DNA of 64,000 nt from Candidatus Izemoplasmatales bacterium (GTDB taxonomy: Bacteria; Bacillota_I; Bacilli_A; Izemoplasmatales; Hujiaoplasmataceae). This document shows positions 60,046 to 64,000 of this stretch, one piece after another. Position 1 is the first letter of the stretch. Every line of letters begins with the position of its first letter. The notes under the pieces were generated by a model, which was given only the letters and a program-made list of their open reading frames with translations, made no database searches and was not told the origin of the DNA. Position numbers and translations under genes: made by a program. The stretch covers positions 896,001 to 960,000 of the forward strand of contig JBMNEZ010000001.1 of assembly GCA_050949045.1 (NCBI GenBank), given 5' to 3'.

Positions 60046-60329
60046 GAAGAAAATATAATTTTTTTCATATTATTGCATTTTCACTTCTATCTTCTCAATT
60101 ATGTCCGTTGTTTTCACGATTCAATATCTCTTATAAGCAACTTATTTTCTAAAATTAATCCATTAATTTTTATTTTCGAACTAAATATAATCGGCGTAAG
60201 ACAAAAATGCCTTACAGGATAGACTGTAAAGCATATGCTAGTGTAATTAGTTTGTTTTTTAAACAACCATTTAATGAAGATTAACAAATTAATAGAATTA
60301 TATTGTAGCCAATTTTTTGTGTTTTATCA

Positions 60330-60995
60330 TCACCAAATAAATGGAATTATTCTATATTTTACACGTTTCTTATATTCAATATATCCCAAAAGACCTTCTT
60401 CAAGAACTCGCTCTTCATTTATAATCCTGATAACAATTACTAAAATATATGGTAAAAAACAAATAAGCGACCACCAAGAACCAAGGATTATCGGAATCAT
60501 AAAAAACATCCAGAATGTCACGGCATACATTGGATGACGGACAATACCGTAAAGTCCCGTATCAATTACTTTTTGATTTTCTTGAACTTCTACCTTTCTT
60601 GAAAGATAAGCGTTTTCTTTCATAATTAAAGCATACAAGCTATAAGCGATCATAAATATCACGGAAGCAACAACTACTAGCCACAAAGGCACATTTGACC
60701 ATTCAAATCTAAAATCAAGGCCCGCAACAATAAACTCTAAAATAAACAATACACCAGAAATAGCTACAACACCTTTTTGAGTGTTTTCATCTTCTCTTGC
60801 ATCAAGTCTTTTTTCAAGAAGCAAAGGAGCTTTAATATAAAGAATGATCCCCAAAATAAACATAGGAATAAATAAAAGCCCAATGAAGAGCCAGCCATTC
60901 AGATAATTGAAAGTTCCCGCAGGAAGAAACAATAGCAATCCAACAATTGCTAGTCCAATTATATATTTAATGAGTGCCTTAATTATAAGTTTCAT
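60330..60995 (-). CDS. isoprenylcysteine carboxylmethyltransferase (ICMT/PEMT) family
   Basis: Q.VIDTGLY.IVRHPMY, RI.NEE..L...L.GY.EY...V.YR. Confidence 0.88.
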   Translation of the reverse strand: MKLIIKALIKYIIGLAIVGLLLFLPAGTFNYLNGWLFIGLLFIPMFILGIILYIKAPLLLEKRLDAREDENTQKGVVAISGVLFILEFIVAGLDFRFEWSNVPLWLVVVASVIFMIAYSLYALIMKENAYLSRKVEVQENQKVIDTGLYGIVRHPMYAVTFWMFFMIPIILGSWWSLICFLPYILVIVIRIINEERVLEEGLLGYIEYKKRVKYRIIPFIW

Positions 60996-61144
60996 TTCGG
61001 ATAGCCTCTACTGTTATCTTAATGTTAAAAATTATAATCATTATTATTTTAACTCCATTCATCATAAACGATTTCCTATTTATAACAATCAAAGATTTGT
61101 TAGTTGTAGGTGACAGAAATTGAACCAAATAATAATTGATATTA

Positions 61145-62200
61145 TTACCAATTATCAATTAGATTATATAAATAAGTATTTTTATATATTTTTTGTTTTC
61201 CAACTTTTTCAACAATTAATATCCCATGTTCAACCAATAAATTTAAATATTTCGAGGCTGTATTTCTAGATATGTTTAAATTTTCTCTAAAGTATTCATT
61301 CTTTGTATAGAAATCAAAAAAAAGATAATTAACAAGTTTTTCAGAATATATTTCCGGACATACCTCTTTAATTCTACTTGTTGCATCTTTCATTAATGAT
61401 ATAAAATTATTAATAAAAGAAATTGTAAACTTGGCAGTATTTTCTACTCCTTTGACCATATACAGTAAATAATCTTTGATATTTTTATTATCTACTCTTA
61501 TATTATGTAAATGACTATAATATTCATCTTTTGTTTTATTTATATATTTAGATAAATATAAAATTGGCAATTTAATCTGATTCTCTAAAACTAAATATAA
61601 AATATTTAAAACACGTCCTGTCCTACCATTTCCATCATGAAATGGATGAATCGATTCAAATTGATAATGAATCATGGCCATTTTTAAAATTGCATCTATA
61701 TCATGTAATTCTGGGTAATTTATATACTTTTCTAAATTATTCAAATATTTTATAATTTCTCTTTCAGATTGTGGTGGTGTGTGTAAGACTTCTTTTGTTT
61801 TAGTATTTAAAATTACTGTTCCCGGTATTTTTCTAATTCCACCCACATTTGGTTCAATTATAGAATGTATATCTACAATCATATTAGTAGAAAGATAGCC
61901 TTTTTTTACAATTTCATAATATCCTTTTAATAATGCTTGTCTATAATTAACCACTTCTTTTGCATTATAATTTTTGGTATTCAAAGTTATTTCTTTAAAA
62001 ATTTCATCAAAAGTAGTTACTATATTTTCAATAGAACTAGACTCTTTAGCTTCTCCAAGTATAATGGCATTTAAAATAATTTTAGGATTAGGTAGTAGAT
62101 TAATCAGGCCGTTTAAATTTCCCAATTCATATTTTGCATTTATTAAAACTTTTAAAATATCCGGATCTTCATAATTAAAATCAATAGGTAGTTTGTGCAT
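61145..62200 (-). CDS. Fic-domain protein with C-terminal HTH
   Basis: HPFHDGNGRTGR catalytic motif; N-terminal SSSIEN inhibitory motif; ISRNTASKYL..L HTH; GGAGGAG RBS. Confidence 0.92.
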   Translation of the reverse strand: MHKLPIDFNYEDPDILKVLINAKYELGNLNGLINLLPNPKIILNAIILGEAKESSSIENIVTTFDEIFKEITLNTKNYNAKEVVNYRQALLKGYYEIVKKGYLSTNMIVDIHSIIEPNVGGIRKIPGTVILNTKTKEVLHTPPQSEREIIKYLNNLEKYINYPELHDIDAILKMAMIHYQFESIHPFHDGNGRTGRVLNILYLVLENQIKLPILYLSKYINKTKDEYYSHLHNIRVDNKNIKDYLLYMVKGVENTAKFTISFINNFISLMKDATSRIKEVCPEIYSEKLVNYLFFDFYTKNEYFRENLNISRNTASKYLNLLVEHGILIVEKVGKQKIYKNTYLYNLIDNW

Positions 62201-62380
62201 ATCTTCTCCTCCTGCACAAATATTATCGTTTTTTGCGCATATTGTCAATATATGCACACAATTTCATCTATCATATTTATTTATGATTAATAGTTACTTT
62301 TAATTAAAATATAGTATCATTTAAAAAAGACGCCTAATTAATGGCATCTCATCATCTCTTTAGAGTTCAACTCTTATCAT

Positions 62381-62454
62381 TGGAGGACCCAACCGGATTT
62401 GAACCGGTGGTGAGGGAGTTGCAGTCCCTTGCCTTACCGCTTGGCTATGGGTCC
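62381..62454 (-). tRNA. tRNA-Cys(GCA)
   Basis: GGACCCA/TGGGTCC acceptor stem, anticodon loop CTGCAAC, TTCAAAT T-loop, encoded CCA. Confidence 0.96.
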
Positions 62455-62502
62455 CCGAAAACACAATAAGAAAGTACGAATGCTTATTTCTAGAAAACAC
62501 TA

Positions 62503-62579
62503 TGGTCGGGAAGACAGGATTTGAACCTGCGACCTCCTGGTCCCAAACCAGGCGCTCTGCCAAACTAAGCTACTTCCCG
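62503..62579 (-). tRNA. tRNA-Pro(TGG)
   Basis: CGGGAAG/CTTCCCG acceptor stem, loop TTTGGGA, encoded CCA. Confidence 0.96.
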
Positions 62580-62585
62580 AAGAAA

Positions 62586-62662
62586 TGGCGCGCTCATCAG
62601 GAGTCGAACCCGAAACCTTTTGATCCGTAGTCAAACGCTCTATCCAATTGAGCTATGAGCGC
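62586..62662 (-). tRNA. tRNA-Arg(ACG)
   Basis: GCGCTCA/TGAGCGC acceptor stem, loop CTACGGA, encoded CCA. Confidence 0.96.
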
Positions 62663-63222
62663 GCGTTAGGTCCTGATTTGGAATTGAGGAGTGTTTTATT
62701 ACTGGCAATCCCGATTTTAAAGGCCGTTATATATATTATCAAAATACCCTTGATAATGCAACTCTTATTTCCCTTTATGAGGCGATTTTTCATTTTTCAA
62801 AACCGCTCTAAGCTAACCTTTTAGCCGATCAAAACCCTCTCTTATCTTGCTTGTTTTTTTGATCATACCATCTTGAAAGCATCGTCATAGATCACAATAA
62901 TAACCCGAACTGATTGCGTGACAACTTGTTATTATAGAAATAAACATTGCCTATAATGACAAAGCTGCATTAATTCCAAATATAAAATACTAATTGATTA
63001 TATGACTTTTTCTTTGCAATTAGCTACTGTATTCTATCTTTTATCTGTTTGTTTTCAAAAGATATCCGGCATTCTGGTATGAGAATCATTTGGAAATCTC
63101 TTTCAAATAAGTTTGAATGGTGTTATATTATTGTGTGTAAAAATGCGTGTTTATCACAGTTTCATGTTAGAGATAACAATCTATGAACGACAAGACGCAC
63201 AGGGCATGAGAGAGGGGCATTC

Positions 63223-64000
63223 ATGAAGACTTCCAAGAAAATCAATCTCAACGCATTGCAGACATTGGCGCTCGGCTTCTCTCTGATCATCCTGATCGGC
63301 AGCGTTCTTCTTTTTCTCCCGATCGCCAACAAAAGCACTGCTTCAATTTCTTATTTAAATGCTTTGTTCACTTCCGCGTCCGCGACTTGCGTCACGGGAC
63401 TTGCCGTATACGACATTTACTCTCAGTTCACTTTATTCGGTCAAATAGTGATACTCATCCTCATTCAGATAGGCGGCCTCGGCTTCATGACGATCGCAGT
63501 CATGATTTCGATGTTTCTCGGCAGAAAGATCGGACTTAAAGAACGAATCAATCTGATGGAGGCGGTCAACTCGATGCAAATCGGGGGAATTGTCCGGATG
63601 GCGAAGCGTATCTTGATCATCACTGCCGTTTTTGAAATCGTCGGCGCCGGGCTGTTGTCGATCCGTTTCATTCCCGAATTCGGTTTGGGACAGGGACTCT
63701 GGTTTTCCTTGTTTCATTCGGTGTCCGCATTTTGCAACGCCGGGTTTGACCTGATGGGCATCATCAGTCCTTCGGTGTCTCTATCCCCATTCATCGGCGA
63801 TGCCTTGGTCAATCTCGTAGTGATCGTCCTAATGGTTGTCGGCGGGATCGGCTTTATCGTCTGGAATGATATTGCCGAGTACCGTTTCCAGATCCGCAAA
63901 TACCGTTTGCACTCTAAAATCGTCTTGTCCGCAACTCTTGTATTAATTTTTGTTTCCACCATCGCCTTTTGCCTTCTTGAGTGGCATCAAGCCTATGCAG
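63223..64000 (+). CDS. TrkH/KtrB potassium uptake membrane subunit (partial; runs off the window edge)
   Basis: Manual translation: ALFTSASATCVTGL, LIQIGGLGFMT, FHSVSAFCNAGF. Confidence 0.92.
   Translation, partial: MKTSKKINLNALQTLALGFSLIILIGSVLLFLPIANKSTASISYLNALFTSASATCVTGLAVYDIYSQFTLFGQIVILILIQIGGLGFMTIAVMISMFLGRKIGLKERINLMEAVNSMQIGGIVRMAKRILIITAVFEIVGAGLLSIRFIPEFGLGQGLWFSLFHSVSAFCNAGFDLMGIISPSVSLSPFIGDALVNLVVIVLMVVGGIGFIVWNDIAEYRFQIRKYRLHSKIVLSATLVLIFVSTIAFCLLEWHQAYA

Noticed and set aside
62360..62563. 67-aa ORF
   Set aside because: Shadow ORF over tRNA-Pro and tRNA-Cys.
63130..63222. c-di-AMP or c-di-GMP riboswitch before ktrB (CGCACAGGGCA)
   Set aside because: The match is short and the remaining aptamer elements are absent.
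1..64000. CRISPR arrays, transposases, integrases, phage genes, TGA=Trp recoding
   Set aside because: No regularly spaced repeats or mobile-element ORFs were seen, and conserved genes end at TGA normally.

Overview
Chromosomal window from a Bacillota-related anaerobe that uses the standard code (TGA = stop). The gene set and the Thr-rich lipoprotein N-termini suggest an Izemoplasmatales/Acholeplasmatales-like organism; this is inference. Most of the window is housekeeping: thiI, rpsD, pgk-tpiA, sufCDSUB, nifJ, pullulanase, cca, rpsP-khpA, def, fprA, three tRNAs and a partial ktrB/trkH. The main find is a minus-strand locus at about 25.0-41.9 kb. A consensus sigma-A promoter and a GEMM-I cyclic-dinucleotide riboswitch (A rather than G at the ligand-selectivity position, overlapping a terminator) precede a SipW-substrate protein, a ~2430-aa secreted repeat protein, and two membrane GGDEF-EAL proteins (one likely an active phosphodiesterase, one degenerate). 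A thiolase/reductase pair, a 5'-truncated DUF2357-like gene, two more TasA/CalY-like proteins and a SipW peptidase follow. A giant tandem PrsA-like foldase is transcribed divergently and has a paralogue at 16.8-19.4 kb. Other points: a frameshifted S41 lipoprotein peptidase, a ComK-like gene, an ApbE/NusG-II/Gx flavinylation trio, an AT-rich Fic islet beside tRNA-Cys, and several unexplained structured intergenic RNAs. All family calls come from motif recognition by eye; no searches were run.
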